64,000 nucleotides of DNA, taken from assembly GCA_041485695.1 (NCBI GenBank), contig JBGPJZ010000002.1:65499-129498 (forward strand). The letters are read 5' to 3'. Position 1 is the first letter of the stretch. Each line of letters starts with the position of its first letter. Origin of the DNA: Minisyncoccia bacterium (GTDB taxonomy: Bacteria; Patescibacteriota; Minisyncoccia; Phycocordibacterales; Phycocordibacteraceae). The position numbers and the translations under genes are program-made. Positions 29,743 to 38,331 of this stretch are shown one piece after another. The notes beneath the pieces are model-generated. The model saw only the letters and a program-made list of their open reading frames with translations, searched no databases and was not told the origin of the DNA.

Positions 29743-30516
29743 TTATTTTGCGCGCGCGGCAAGCGTCTTAAACGCCTCCTCCGGGTTCTCGATGATGAGG
29801 TAGCGATACGAGAGCAAGGAGAGCGGGTTAACGTTCCGGATGTCTTCAGTCGCGATATTGCCAAGATTACGGAAGCTCTTCACCGCGTTCGCCTCGTGCT
29901 TTGAAAGCGCAATCAAAACAGTATTCTTGTTCTTCTCGAGCAATTTTGCATCTGCGGCCTTACCGAGCGCGATGAGCGATGCAATCGCTCCCTTCGTCGA
30001 CGGCGCGCCAAAGGCAAACTGGTCGACCAAGATCACTTCGCCGTCTTTTGCCTTGCGTGAGAGCACGGAAACAAGGGCCTGTACCTTCATCTTGCGATTT
30101 ATCTTTTCGTGATAGTCGCGCTCAACTCTCGGCCCGAAGGTAACGCCGCCGTGGCGCCAAATCGGCGAACGTGTCGAACCGTGGCGCGCTTGGCCGGTGC
30201 CCTTCTGCTTCCATGGCTTACGGCCCCCGCCTGCGACCTCGGCGCGGTTCTTGGTGTGAGCGCGGTTCTGTCGCTTGTTCGCCGCAAGGGCGGTTGTTAC
30301 CTGGTGCACCATGTCTGCGCGCCACTTCGCGCCGAAAATTTTTGCTGGGAGCGTTACCGTTCCAACTTTCTTTCCGACCGCTGAAAAGACGGCGAGCTCT
30401 CGTACCTCACCGGCGGCAGGCGCAACTTTCGCAGCGCGAGGCTTCGCAACGCGCTTTACCGACGCCCTCTTCGGGCCGGTGTCCGCAGTCTTACGGTTGA
30501 TAGGTTTTGTAGCCAT
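29743..30516 (-). CDS. rplD: 50S ribosomal protein L4 (Lys/Ala-rich N-terminal extension)
   Basis: ...GGGRKPWKQKGTGQARHGSTRSPIWRHGGVTFGP... preceded by ~35 basic residues. Confidence 0.9.
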   Translation of the reverse strand: MATKPINRKTADTGPKRASVKRVAKPRAAKVAPAAGEVRELAVFSAVGKKVGTVTLPAKIFGAKWRADMVHQVTTALAANKRQNRAHTKNRAEVAGGGRKPWKQKGTGQARHGSTRSPIWRHGGVTFGPRVERDYHEKINRKMKVQALVSVLSRKAKDGEVILVDQFAFGAPSTKGAIASLIALGKAADAKLLEKNKNTVLIALSKHEANAVKSFRNLGNIATEDIRNVNPLSLLSYRYLIIENPEEAFKTLAARAK

Positions 30517-30520
30517 ACAA

Positions 30521-31156
30521 TTATTTACCCGTCTTTAAGGAGGGTTGAGAAACGACCTCGAGCAAGGCGCCGCGTACGCCAGGAACGGCGCCCGAGACGA
30601 CCATTTCGCTCGCGATCGGGTCAATCGCAAGCACCTTTAGATTTTTCACGGTTACGCGGTCGCTCCCCATCCTGCCCGGCATGCGCATGCCTTTGGCGAC
30701 GCGGCCGCCAGCGCGGCCGCCCGAGCCGCCGATAGAGCCGCCCTCGCGCTCCGAGTGCTTCTGGCCGTGGGTCCGCGGGCCGCCATGAAAGCCATGGCGC
30801 TTCACGACGCCTGCAAAGCCGTGGCCTTTTGAAATACCAGATACCTGTACGACATCGCCAATCGCAAATGTATCAATCTTTATTTCAGAACCAACCTCCG
30901 CAGTAGCATCAGTACGAAATTCGCGGATCGCCTTGTAAGCCTTGCCCTTCGTGTGGCCCAAGACTGCCTTGCTGACATTTTTTGTTTTGCGCGTGCCCGT
31001 ACCAACCTGTATAGCCGAGTACGCGTCTTTGCCCTCTTTAGTTTTGACGGCGGTCACGATGACTGAGTCTACCTTGAGCACGGTGCCAGCCAGCGCACGG
31101 CCGTCATCCGTGAAGACTCGCGTCATGCCCTCTTTCTTTGCAAGAATGAATTTCAT
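30521..31156 (-). CDS. rplC: 50S ribosomal protein L3
   Basis: Start at [19 protein letters not shown] (matches the E. coli MIGLVGKKVGMTRIF pattern); ...[22 protein letters not shown]... Confidence 0.9.
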   Translation of the reverse strand: [211 protein letters not shown]

Positions 31157-31194
31157 CGAAAATAGAAATCGCGCACCAGCAATCGCTGGTGCGC
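31157..31194 (-). promoter_or_regulatory. leader hairpin GCGCACCAGC-GAUU-GCUGGUGCGC + U-tract ending 3 nt before the rplC AUG (attenuator-like)
   Basis: Perfect 10-bp stem (31171..31194) followed on the minus strand by GAUUUCUAUUUUCG, then AUG. No SD. Downstream of the TTGCAT/TAAAGT promoter. Confidence 0.4.
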
Positions 31195-31244
31195 GATTTG
31201 CTGGAGGTCCTTCGGCAAGAGCCTCAGGACATAGCGACTCGGGC

Positions 31245-31273
31245 ACTTTACACGAGCCCTAACAATTATGCAA
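31245..31273 (-). promoter_or_regulatory. sigma70-like promoter for rplC block: -35 TTGCAT / 17 bp / -10 TAAAGT
   Basis: Minus-strand TTGCAT (31273..31268) and TAAAGT (31250..31245). Located after the terminator that follows the inserted PGT gene. Confidence 0.45.
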
Positions 31274-31289
31274 GAAACGCAAAACCCGC

Positions 31290-31330
31290 CTCATAAAGAA
31301 GACGCCGTCGCGGTAACCCGCGACGGCGTT
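31290..31330 (-). terminator. intrinsic terminator after PGT gene (ACGCCGUCGCGG-GUUA-CCGCGACGGCGU + CUUCUUUAU)
   Basis: 12-bp perfect stem at 31302..31329 with a U-rich tail on the minus strand. Confidence 0.5.
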
Positions 31331-31353
31331 TATTTTTCGTGATTCTCGATACG

Positions 31354-31938
31354 TCAGATGCCCTGACCCTGGAATACGACGAGGACCGTTCTCCCCAAGA
31401 GACGGAGATCGAGCGCGAAGCATGAGTGCTCGATATACCACAGGTCCCAATTACGGGTTCGGCGGTAGTTCCCTCGCACCGAGGCGGCTCTGCCTTTGAT
31501 CGCGGCCGGTCCCGTGATGCCCGGTCGCACAAAGTGACGCCGACTGAAGCCTGGCACCTCTTTGGCGAGTCGGGCAACGAGATCCACTGGCTGGGGTCGC
31601 GGGCCGACCACACTCATGTCTCCCACGAATACGTTCCAGAACTGGGGGAACTCGTCGATACGTCGCCGCCGAAGGAATTTCCCGAAGCGAGTGAGCCGTG
31701 GGTCGTCTTGTGACGAGATGAAATCCTGTGCGCGAGCTGACCCGGGCTGCATGGTACGGAACTTGTAGCAGCGGAATGTCTTTCCGCCCTTGCCAACCCG
31801 AAGCCCGGCATAGAACGCCCGCCCTTCAGGCGAGTCGATAACGACCATAAGCGCGATAAGCGCGTACAGCCAGCAAAAGCAAAGCAAGAACGTAGCCGAG
31901 ACGGCTACGTCGAAGATACGTTTAACCAAAGAGTACAT
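31354..31938 (-). CDS. monotopic phosphoglycosyl transferase (bacterial sugar transferase family, PglC/WbaP C-domain-like)
   Basis: Start at MYSLVKRIFDVAVS (SD GGAGGG); ...KFRTMQPG...DPRLTRFGKFLRRRRIDEFPQFWNVFVGDMSVVGPRPQ... is the sugar-transferase signature. Inserted between rpsJ and rplC. Confidence 0.8.
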   Translation of the reverse strand: MYSLVKRIFDVAVSATFLLCFCWLYALIALMVVIDSPEGRAFYAGLRVGKGGKTFRCYKFRTMQPGSARAQDFISSQDDPRLTRFGKFLRRRRIDEFPQFWNVFVGDMSVVGPRPQPVDLVARLAKEVPGFSRRHFVRPGITGPAAIKGRAASVRGNYRRTRNWDLWYIEHSCFALDLRLLGRTVLVVFQGQGI

Positions 31939-31975
31939 AGCAAATGCCCTCCGTTTGGACCTAAAACCTGCGTGG

Positions 31976-32004
31976 ACTTTACCGACAGGCCCTCGTATTG
32001 TCAA
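31976..32004 (-). promoter_or_regulatory. sigma70-like promoter for PGT gene: -35 TTGACA / 17 bp / -10 TAAAGT
   Basis: Minus-strand TTGACA (32004..31999) and TAAAGT (31981..31976), ~35 nt upstream of the PGT SD/ATG. Confidence 0.5.
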
Positions 32005-32011
32005 TAGTAAC

Positions 32012-32040
32012 GCAAAACCGGCCATACGGCCGGTTTTGCG
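32012..32040 (-). terminator. hairpin after rpsJ (CAAAACCGGCC-GUAU-GGCCGGUUUUG)
   Basis: 11-bp stem with U-rich 3' half, immediately downstream of the rpsJ stop. Probable terminator/attenuator separating rpsJ from the inserted gene. Confidence 0.4.
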
Positions 32041-32116
32041 CAAGCGAAGCGGAAATTCTTATGGAGACAGTAAGTATTTGTTTATCTCTGCCGGAAGAAG
32101 GACTTCCGCGAAACGT

Positions 32117-32560
32117 CTACGCCATTTTAACGTCAATCGTGACGCCGGAGGGGAGATTGAGATTCGTGAGCGCTTCGATTACTTTCGGCGAAGGGTTCAA
32201 GATATCAATCAAGCGTTTGTGAATGCGCATCTCGAACTGTTCGCGTGCGTCTTTGTGGACGAAGGTCGAACGGTTTACCGTCCAGCGCTTGATTTCGGTC
32301 GGCAAAGGCACTGGGCCGACGACCTTCGCGTCGAGGCGTGCGGCCGTGTCCATAATCTGCTTCACCGAGACATCGAGGATCTTGTGCTCGTATGCGCGAA
32401 CGCGAATACGGAGCTTGTGCTCGACGAGGGGTGCGGCGGGAGCGGCCGCGCTTTTTCTGGCCGGAGCCTTCGCGCGCGGCGCTCCGCCAGCCGGCGGACG
32501 AGCCGCGCTCTTCGCTGACGCTTTCTTCACCGTTCGTTTCGCTTTAACCGCCGTCGCCAT
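32117..32560 (-). CDS. rpsJ: 30S ribosomal protein S10 (Lys/Ala/Pro-rich N-terminal extension)
   Basis: ...HKLRIRVRAYEHKILDVSVKQIMDTA...GPVPLPTEIKRWTVNRSTFVHKDAREQFEMRIHKRLIDI..., preceded by ~45 aa AKRTVKKASAKSAARPPAGGAPRAKAPARK. Confidence 0.9.
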   Translation of the reverse strand: MATAVKAKRTVKKASAKSAARPPAGGAPRAKAPARKSAAAPAAPLVEHKLRIRVRAYEHKILDVSVKQIMDTAARLDAKVVGPVPLPTEIKRWTVNRSTFVHKDAREQFEMRIHKRLIDILNPSPKVIEALTNLNLPSGVTIDVKMA

Positions 32561-32565
32561 TATAG

Positions 32566-33765
32566 TTAGGCCGTAATCTTCGTTACGACGCCGGCTCCAA
32601 CCGTCTTGCCTCCTTCGCGTATAGCGAAGCGCTGATTTGCTTCAAGCGCGACTGGTGCAACGAGCTTCACCTTGAAGGTGATCGTGTCGCCCGGCATCAC
32701 CATCTCCTTCCCTTCCGGCAGGGTCACTTCGCCGGTCACGTCCGTGGTGCGGATGTAGAACTGCGGCTTGTAGCCGGTGAAGAATGGCGTGTGTCGGCCG
32801 CCTTCATCCTTGCCGAGAATGTATACCTCTGCGTCGAAGTCGGTGTGTGGAGTTACCGAGCCCGTCTTCGCGATGACCTGGCCGCGATGCACATCTTCCT
32901 TCTTCGTACCGCGCAGGAGGATTCCGGCATTGTCGCCTGCCATGCCCTCCTGGAGCTGCTTGTTGAACATTTCAATGCCAGTGACGGTCGACTTCGCCGT
33001 CGGCTTCAAGCCGACGATCTCAACTTCCTCACCCACTTTCACCTTCCCGCGCTCGATGCGGCCGGTGACGACGGTTCCGCGGCCTTCAATCGAGAAGATG
33101 TCTTCTATAGGCATCAGGAACGGCTTGTCCACTTCACGCGCAGGGATCTCGAAGTACGTGTCCATGGTGTCGACGAGCTCCTTCGCCTTCATCGCCCATT
33201 CGTCCTCGGCGTTCTTCGCTTCAAGCGCTTTCAAGCCCGAGCCGCGGATAATCGGCGTATTAACGCCGTCGTAGCCCTGCTTCGTAAGGAGTTCGCGCAC
33301 TTCCTCTTCAACGAGGTCGATGAGGTCTGCCTCGGCGACCATGTCTACTTTGTTGAGGAAGACGATGAGCTTTTTCAATCCCACCTGCTTTGCAAGGAGG
33401 ATGTGCTCACGCGTCTGCGGCATCACGCCGTCGGTGGCGGCGACGACGAGGACGGCTCCGTCCATCTGGGCGGCGCCCGTGATCATGTTCTTAATATAGT
33501 CAGCGTGGCCCGGCGCATCGATGTGCGCGTAGTGGCGAGAGGGCGTCTCGTACTCCGAGTGGTGGAGGGCGATGGTAATGCCGCGCGCCTTCTCTTCCGG
33601 TGCGCTGTCGATTTTATCAACGGCCTCAACCCTAGCGCTGTAGCCCTTGTCCTTCAGCATATCGAGCGTATGGAGGATGCCAGCGGTGAGGGTCGTCTTG
33701 CCGTGGTCGACGTGACCAATAGTGCCGACGTTCATATGCGGCTTCGCACGATTGAATTCTGCCAT
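32566..33765 (-). CDS. tuf: elongation factor Tu
   Basis: Start at [30 protein letters not shown]...; full GTPase and beta-barrel domains through ...[13 protein letters not shown]. Confidence 0.95.
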   Translation of the reverse strand: MAEFNRAKPHMNVGTIGHVDHGKTTLTAGILHTLDMLKDKGYSARVEAVDKIDSAPEEKARGITIALHHSEYETPSRHYAHIDAPGHADYIKNMITGAAQMDGAVLVVAATDGVMPQTREHILLAKQVGLKKLIVFLNKVDMVAEADLIDLVEEEVRELLTKQGYDGVNTPIIRGSGLKALEAKNAEDEWAMKAKELVDTMDTYFEIPAREVDKPFLMPIEDIFSIEGRGTVVTGRIERGKVKVGEEVEIVGLKPTAKSTVTGIEMFNKQLQEGMAGDNAGILLRGTKKEDVHRGQVIAKTGSVTPHTDFDAEVYILGKDEGGRHTPFFTGYKPQFYIRTTDVTGEVTLPEGKEMVMPGDTITFKVKLVAPVALEANQRFAIREGGKTVGAGVVTKITA

Positions 33766-33907
33766 GGTAGCGATTGGTAAATAATTCGCCCACTTGCGTG
33801 GGAGAAAGCTTAATAATTGACGCGCCAACCGCGCACACGACAAAGTACACGCGGTGACTTGCGTTATCTATGAATGTACACAAAACGTCCCGAAAACGCA
33901 AGCGACT

Positions 33908-33952
33908 TCAAAAAAGTAAGACGGCCAGTGTTTCCTTACGAAACACTGGCCG
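33908..33952 (-). terminator. intrinsic terminator CGGCCAGUGUUUC-GUAAG-GAAACACUGGCCG + UCUUACUUUUUUG
   Basis: 13-bp perfect stem plus U-tract on the minus strand. The stop codon of the 68-aa ORF lies in the loop. Confidence 0.6.
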
Positions 33953-34142
33953 ATTCTTGTACGTCGCTGGTAATTCGCAAAAGGGGTTCGATTCCTTTGC
34001 GCATCTGCGCAATAATGAGCAATGCACCGTGGATGTCTTCGTCGTTCACACAGGCCTCAAGTTCGTCCAGATACGTTTTGAGCGCATGTGCTCGTTGTAC
34101 ACGAGGACTCTCCGCCCCCAAATCTTGATCGGTACCAGACAT
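33936..34142 (-). CDS. small hypothetical protein (68 aa) between fusA and tuf
   Basis: MSGTDQDLGAESPRVQRAHALKTYLDELEACVNDEDIHGALLIIAQMRKGIEPLL..., preceded by a strong SD (GAGGGAGGAAATC ATG) and followed by an intrinsic terminator. Confidence 0.4.
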   Translation of the reverse strand: MSGTDQDLGAESPRVQRAHALKTYLDELEACVNDEDIHGALLIIAQMRKGIEPLLRITSDVQESASVS

Positions 34143-34247
34143 GATTTCCTCCCTCAGTTCTAAAAGAGGTAACGCGCCATTTTTCAATAAAGTAACGCTT
34201 GGCCGCTGTTTCCCCGAAACAGCGGCCAACTGAGCGAGCGGAACGAT

Positions 34248-34544
34248 TCAAATCAGGTGTTTTGGAACCTCTTTTTTCCCGTTTGGCGTAAAGGGCGGCC
34301 ATGACGGGAGTGGACGTCCGTGATATCGGAGATAGATGCGATAGGCAAACTCAATGCGTCGTTCCCATGGTGGCGGCCTGTCCTTTCGCGGCTTTGGTGA
34401 GAACGGCGCGTTTTCAAGCAGTGCATCTCGAATTTTCGCCACCGCGACGTACTCTTCGTGTGTCACCGGATATCGTCCGCATCCATAGGCAATGTTCGAT
34501 TCTGACACTCTGCTCTGTATGTTCATCTTGCTACTCCCATACAT
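34248..34544 (-). CDS. small hypothetical protein (~92-98 aa) between fusA and tuf
   Basis: MYGSSKMNIQSRVSESNIAYGCGRYPVTHEEYVAVAKIRDALL..., with an AGGGAGAG SD just upstream. Confidence 0.35.
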   Translation of the reverse strand: MYGSSKMNIQSRVSESNIAYGCGRYPVTHEEYVAVAKIRDALLENAPFSPKPRKDRPPPWERRIEFAYRIYLRYHGRPLPSWPPFTPNGKKEVPKHLI

Positions 34545-34594
34545 CTCTCCCTATCATAGCAGTACCAAAAGCCCCGCAATTGTGGAGATTTGTC

Positions 34595-36742
34595 TTATTT
34601 TCGGCTCGCGATAATGTCGTCGGCGACGTTTTTTGGGACAACGTCGTAATGGTCGAATTCCATGGTCATAGAGCCGCGGCCTTCGGTCATAGAACGAAGC
34701 GTCGTCGTGTAGCCAAACATTTCCGAGAGCGGGACTTTTGCTTTAATCGCCTTGTTCATACCGCGATCCTCCATGCCCTCGATGGCGCCGCGCTTACCCG
34801 AGAGGTTGCCGGTGATGTCGCCCATGAATTGCTCGGGGACGACAACCTCAATCCTCATAATTGGCTCAAGCAAGACTGGCTTCGCCCGCTGTGCCGCTTC
34901 TTTAAACGCCATCGATGCAGCGATTTTAAAAGCAATTTCAGACGAGTCGACATCGTGGTAGGAGCCATCGTAGAGCTCGACAGAAATGTCGACAACCGGG
35001 AAGCCGGCCAAGATACCCCTATCCATCGACTCGCGAATACCTTTTTCAACGGGAGCAATAAACTCCTGTGGGATGACGCCGCCCTTGATGTTGTTGATGA
35101 ATTCGAAGTGGTCTTCTCGTGTAACGTTCTTTGCAATCTTCTTCTCGGGGTCGAGCTCCTCCATCTTCTTCATGCGGATACGCACATGGCCGTATTGTCC
35201 CTTACCACCGGTCTGTTTGATGTACTTCCCTTCTGCCTCCGAGTTGCCGAGGATTGTTTCGCGATACGCGACTTGCGGCTTCCCCACGTCTGCGACCACG
35301 TTGAATTCGCGCTTCATGCGGTCTACCAAGATTTCAAGATGGAGTTCACCCATGCCAGAGATAATCGTCTCCATCGTCTCTTGGTCAGAGGTAACGCGGA
35401 AGGTGGGGTCTTCATCTGAAAGTTTCTTGAGCGCCATGCCCATCCTCTCCTGATCGGCCTTGGTCTTAGGCTCGATGCGGAGCGAGACCACCGGTTCATG
35501 GAATTTGATGGTCTCCAAAATAATCGGCGAGTTCTCATCGCAGAGCGTGTGCGAGGTACGGGTATCCTTAAGCCCGACCGCGGCCGCGATTTCTCCCGAA
35601 AATACCTTCTTCACCTCTTCGCGCTTGTCAGCCTGGAGCCGGACGATGCGGCCGACGCGCTCCTTGGTGCCCGTCGTTGCATTGTAGAGATACGAGCCTG
35701 CTTCAAGCGTGCCCGAGTAGACGCGAAAGAAGGTCAACTGCCCGACAAACGGGTCAGCTTGGAGTTTGAACGCGAGCGCGGTAAAGGGCTCGTCATCATT
35801 GGCGTAACGCACCACCTCTTCACCCGTCTTCGGATTGATGCCTTTCACGGGCGGCATGTCGAGGGGCGACGGGAGATAGTCGACGACGCCATCGAGGACG
35901 AGCTGGACGCCCTTATTCTTCAAAGCCGAGCCCGTGAAGACGGGGAAAATCTCATTATTAATGACTGCCTTGCGCAGAATCTTTTTTAGCTCTTCAACAC
36001 CTGGCTCCTCCCCTTCTAAATACGCGGCCATTGCCACGTCATCGTGCTCGACGATGCGCTCGATGAGCTCTGCGCGAAACTTTGTTGCCTCTTCGAGGAG
36101 GTTCGCGGGCACCTCGCCCTCAACGACATCCTCGCCCATCTCGCCCTCAAAATGGTACGCCTTCATTTTGAGGAGATCGATGACGCCTTCATGCTCACTC
36201 TCCTCCCCTATGGGGATCTGCATACGCACGGCCTTTTTTGAAAGGCGGTCGAGGATAGATGCATAGGAGCGCTCAAAGGAGGCGCCTGTGCGGTCAAGCT
36301 TGTTAATGAAGCAGAGGCGCGGCACGTTTGCCTCGTCGGCGTAGCGCCAGTTCGTCTCGCTTTGCGGCTCAACACCCGCGACACCGTCGAAGACGACGAC
36401 GGCGCCGTCGAGGACGCGCATCGAGCGCTTCACCTCAACGGTGAAGTCAATGTGCCCCGGCGTGTCGATGACGTTGAAGCGGGTCTTTTTTGAAATATCC
36501 TTTTTGTCCTTTTCAGTCGAAAGCGTCCAAAAGCAGGTGATGGCAGCAGCGGTGATAGTGATGCCGCGCTCGCGCTCTTGCTCCATCCAGTCGGTAGTCG
36601 TATCGCCCTCGTGCACCTCGCCGATCTTGTGCTGGCTCCCGGTATAGAAAAGGACGCGTTCAGACGTGGTCGTCTTGCCCGCGTCGATGTGCGCGATGAT
36701 GCCGAAGTTGCGCACGCGTTCTAGTGGATAATCTCTGTTCAT
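34595..36742 (-). CDS. fusA: elongation factor G
   Basis: Start at [35 protein letters not shown]...; all five EF-G domains present. Confidence 0.93.
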   Translation of the reverse strand: MNRDYPLERVRNFGIIAHIDAGKTTTSERVLFYTGSQHKIGEVHEGDTTTDWMEQERERGITITAAAITCFWTLSTEKDKKDISKKTRFNVIDTPGHIDFTVEVKRSMRVLDGAVVVFDGVAGVEPQSETNWRYADEANVPRLCFINKLDRTGASFERSYASILDRLSKKAVRMQIPIGEESEHEGVIDLLKMKAYHFEGEMGEDVVEGEVPANLLEEATKFRAELIERIVEHDDVAMAAYLEGEEPGVEELKKILRKAVINNEIFPVFTGSALKNKGVQLVLDGVVDYLPSPLDMPPVKGINPKTGEEVVRYANDDEPFTALAFKLQADPFVGQLTFFRVYSGTLEAGSYLYNATTGTKERVGRIVRLQADKREEVKKVFSGEIAAAVGLKDTRTSHTLCDENSPIILETIKFHEPVVSLRIEPKTKADQERMGMALKKLSDEDPTFRVTSDQETMETIISGMGELHLEILVDRMKREFNVVADVGKPQVAYRETILGNSEAEGKYIKQTGGKGQYGHVRIRMKKMEELDPEKKIAKNVTREDHFEFINNIKGGVIPQEFIAPVEKGIRESMDRGILAGFPVVDISVELYDGSYHDVDSSEIAFKIAASMAFKEAAQRAKPVLLEPIMRIEVVVPEQFMGDITGNLSGKRGAIEGMEDRGMNKAIKAKVPLSEMFGYTTTLRSMTEGRGSMTMEFDHYDVVPKNVADDIIASRK

Positions 36743-36809
36743 GAGTGGAATAAAAAATGCCCGTGGGGCGTTTCCGTACAATAGCGAATTCTGTATAAAA
36801 AGCAAAGTC

Positions 36810-36838
36810 TTGAAGTATGCACGCATTACTAGTACATT
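36810..36838 (+). promoter_or_regulatory. sigma70-like promoter -35 TTGAAG / 17 bp / -10 TACATT (plus strand)
   Basis: Located ~22 nt upstream of the SD/ATG of the antisense 116-aa ORF. Confidence 0.4.
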
Positions 36839-36860
36839 CAGCAACGGAAAGGAGATTGTC

Positions 36861-37211
36861 ATGACCGCCACGATCCGCACTCGACGCGCTAATAAATGGT
36901 CGCCGCATAAAGTCGTGAGCAAGCATGAAAAGCAGCTCAAGCGGCTCGGCTTTAAGCGTTGGCACCGTTCTGAATGTGTCGTTACCTCCCTGCCGCTCCC
37001 CTGCTTTCGAGTGAACCTCTTAGTAGCAACAGCGTGCGGGGCCGTGTATCGGACCTACGCGAGAGACGAACATCGGCGCGACTGGTACATTGGAGAAAAG
37101 GTTGACTTGAAACCGCTCGGTTTCGTTGAGCTCATCCGTTCCACCGCACCGGTCGATATCGAAACTCTCAACTACAAACTCGAGCACCCAAGAGCCATTG
37201 TATATATTTAA
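36861..37211 (+). CDS. hypothetical basic protein (116 aa) on the opposite strand, between rpsG and fusA
   Basis: GGAAAGGAGATTGTC ATG is a strong [43 protein letters not shown]... Followed by an ATCGGCGCC-TCCG-GGCGCCGAT hairpin (37225..37246). Confidence 0.45.
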   Translation: MTATIRTRRANKWSPHKVVSKHEKQLKRLGFKRWHRSECVVTSLPLPCFRVNLLVATACGAVYRTYARDEHRRDWYIGEKVDLKPLGFVELIRSTAPVDIETLNYKLEHPRAIVYI

Positions 37212-37251
37212 ATTCCGCATAAGCAATCGGCGCCTCCGGGCGCCGATTTCT

Positions 37252-37716
37252 CTACCATGCGAAATGGGCAAAGGCTTTGTTGGCCTCGGCCATGCGGTGC
37301 ATCTCGTCCTTCTTCTTGATTGCATCGCCCTCATTCTTTGCAGCAAGAGAGAGCTCTTCAGCAAGTTTTATAGCCATAGGGCGGCCCTTTTTAGAGCGGG
37401 CGCCGCCGATGATCCAACGGTACGCGAGCGCAAGGCGGCGATTCTGCGGCACCTCGCGAGGCACCTGGTAGTTCGCGCCGCCGACGCGGCGACTTCGCAC
37501 CTCCATCAAGGGCGAGACATTGCGAATAGCCGCCTCAAAGGTCTCAAGCGGGTCTGCTCCGCCCTCTTTTATTTTTGAAAGTGCGCCGTACACGACTTTG
37601 CGCGCCGTATCTTTCTTGCCGTCCCACATGACCGCGTTAATGAAACGAGTGACGTCTATTGATTTATATTGCAAATCTGGCTTCCACGGGCGGCGGGCTT
37701 TTTGAGGGCGTCGCAT
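37252..37716 (-). CDS. rpsG: 30S ribosomal protein S7
   Basis: MRRPQKARRPWKPDLQYKSIDVTRFINAVMWDGKKDTARKVVYGAL... Confidence 0.9.
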   Translation of the reverse strand: MRRPQKARRPWKPDLQYKSIDVTRFINAVMWDGKKDTARKVVYGALSKIKEGGADPLETFEAAIRNVSPLMEVRSRRVGGANYQVPREVPQNRRLALAYRWIIGGARSKKGRPMAIKLAEELSLAAKNEGDAIKKKDEMHRMAEANKAFAHFAW

Positions 37717-37719
37717 AGG

Positions 37720-38127
37720 TTATTTGGGGCGCTTCGCGCCGTAGCGCGAGCGGCCGCGGCGGCGCTTCTCGATACCGCTGGTGTCGAGCTTGCCGCGCAC
37801 GATGGTGTACTGCACGCCGATATCCTTCACGCGGCCGCCGCGCAACATCACGACCGAGTGCTCTTGGAGGTTGTGCCCCTCTCCCGGGATGTAGGCCGTC
37901 ACTTCCATCCCGTTGGTGAGGCGGACGCGGGCAATCTTACGGATAGCGGAGTTCGGTTTGCGAGGGGTCTTGGTGGTCACTTTGACGCAGACGCCGCGCT
38001 TAAAAGGAGCCGGATAGAAGGTCGGACGATTTTTGAGTACGTTAAAGCCGCGCCCGAGCGCGATGACTTTGCTCTTCCTCGACTTGTCGTGTCGACGCTT
38101 CTTTGAAAGCTGATTGATAGTGGCCAT
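37720..38127 (-). CDS. rpsL: 30S ribosomal protein S12
   Basis: [64 protein letters not shown]... Confidence 0.92.
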   Translation of the reverse strand: MATINQLSKKRRHDKSRKSKVIALGRGFNVLKNRPTFYPAPFKRGVCVKVTTKTPRKPNSAIRKIARVRLTNGMEVTAYIPGEGHNLQEHSVVMLRGGRVKDIGVQYTIVRGKLDTSGIEKRRRGRSRYGAKRPK

Positions 38128-38189
38128 TTAGAAAAAATCGACCCAGGAGGGGTCAAGGGCAATATAAATGAATTCGCGCTCAAATGCAA
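38128..38189 (-). promoter_or_regulatory. rpsL promoter (-35 TTGCAT / 17 / -10 TATATT) and leader hairpin GACCC-CUCCU-GGGUC + U6 abutting the AUG
   Basis: Minus-strand TTGCAT (38189..38184) and TATATT (38166..38161). Hairpin at 38141..38155, then GAUUUUUUCUAA-AUG. No SD; the loop is anti-SD-like (CUCCU). Confidence 0.45.
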
Positions 38190-38331
38190 ACCTTCTCAAG
38201 GGAGATGTGAAAAAGGCGGCGCGACGTATCGCGCCGCCCTTCCCTGATGAAGCGAATCCCGCAACCCCGGAAGGGAGACTACCGGAGTGTTTCGCTTCAG
38301 CAAGATGATGCAGCGTAGGAACCAAGGATGT

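Noticed and set aside
31955-32518. 187-aa plus-strand ORF
   Set aside because: Antisense to rpsJ and the S10/PGT intergenic regulatory region; Arg-rich artefact.
32791-33780. 329-aa plus-strand ORF
   Set aside because: Fully antisense to tuf; Arg/Leu/Asp-rich composition typical of a GC-rich antisense frame.
33975-33995. GGTTCGATTCC T-loop-like motif suggesting a tRNA upstream of tuf
   Set aside because: No acceptor-stem pairing is possible. The would-be 3' acceptor GCGCATC has no complementary 5' strand ~65 nt upstream. The T-stem would need a 9-nt loop, and the motif lies inside a minus-strand ORF with an SD and terminator.
36660-36965. 101-aa minus-strand ORF spanning the fusA start region
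   Set aside because: Overlaps the fusA start and the antisense promoter region; no RBS and His/Arg-rich composition.
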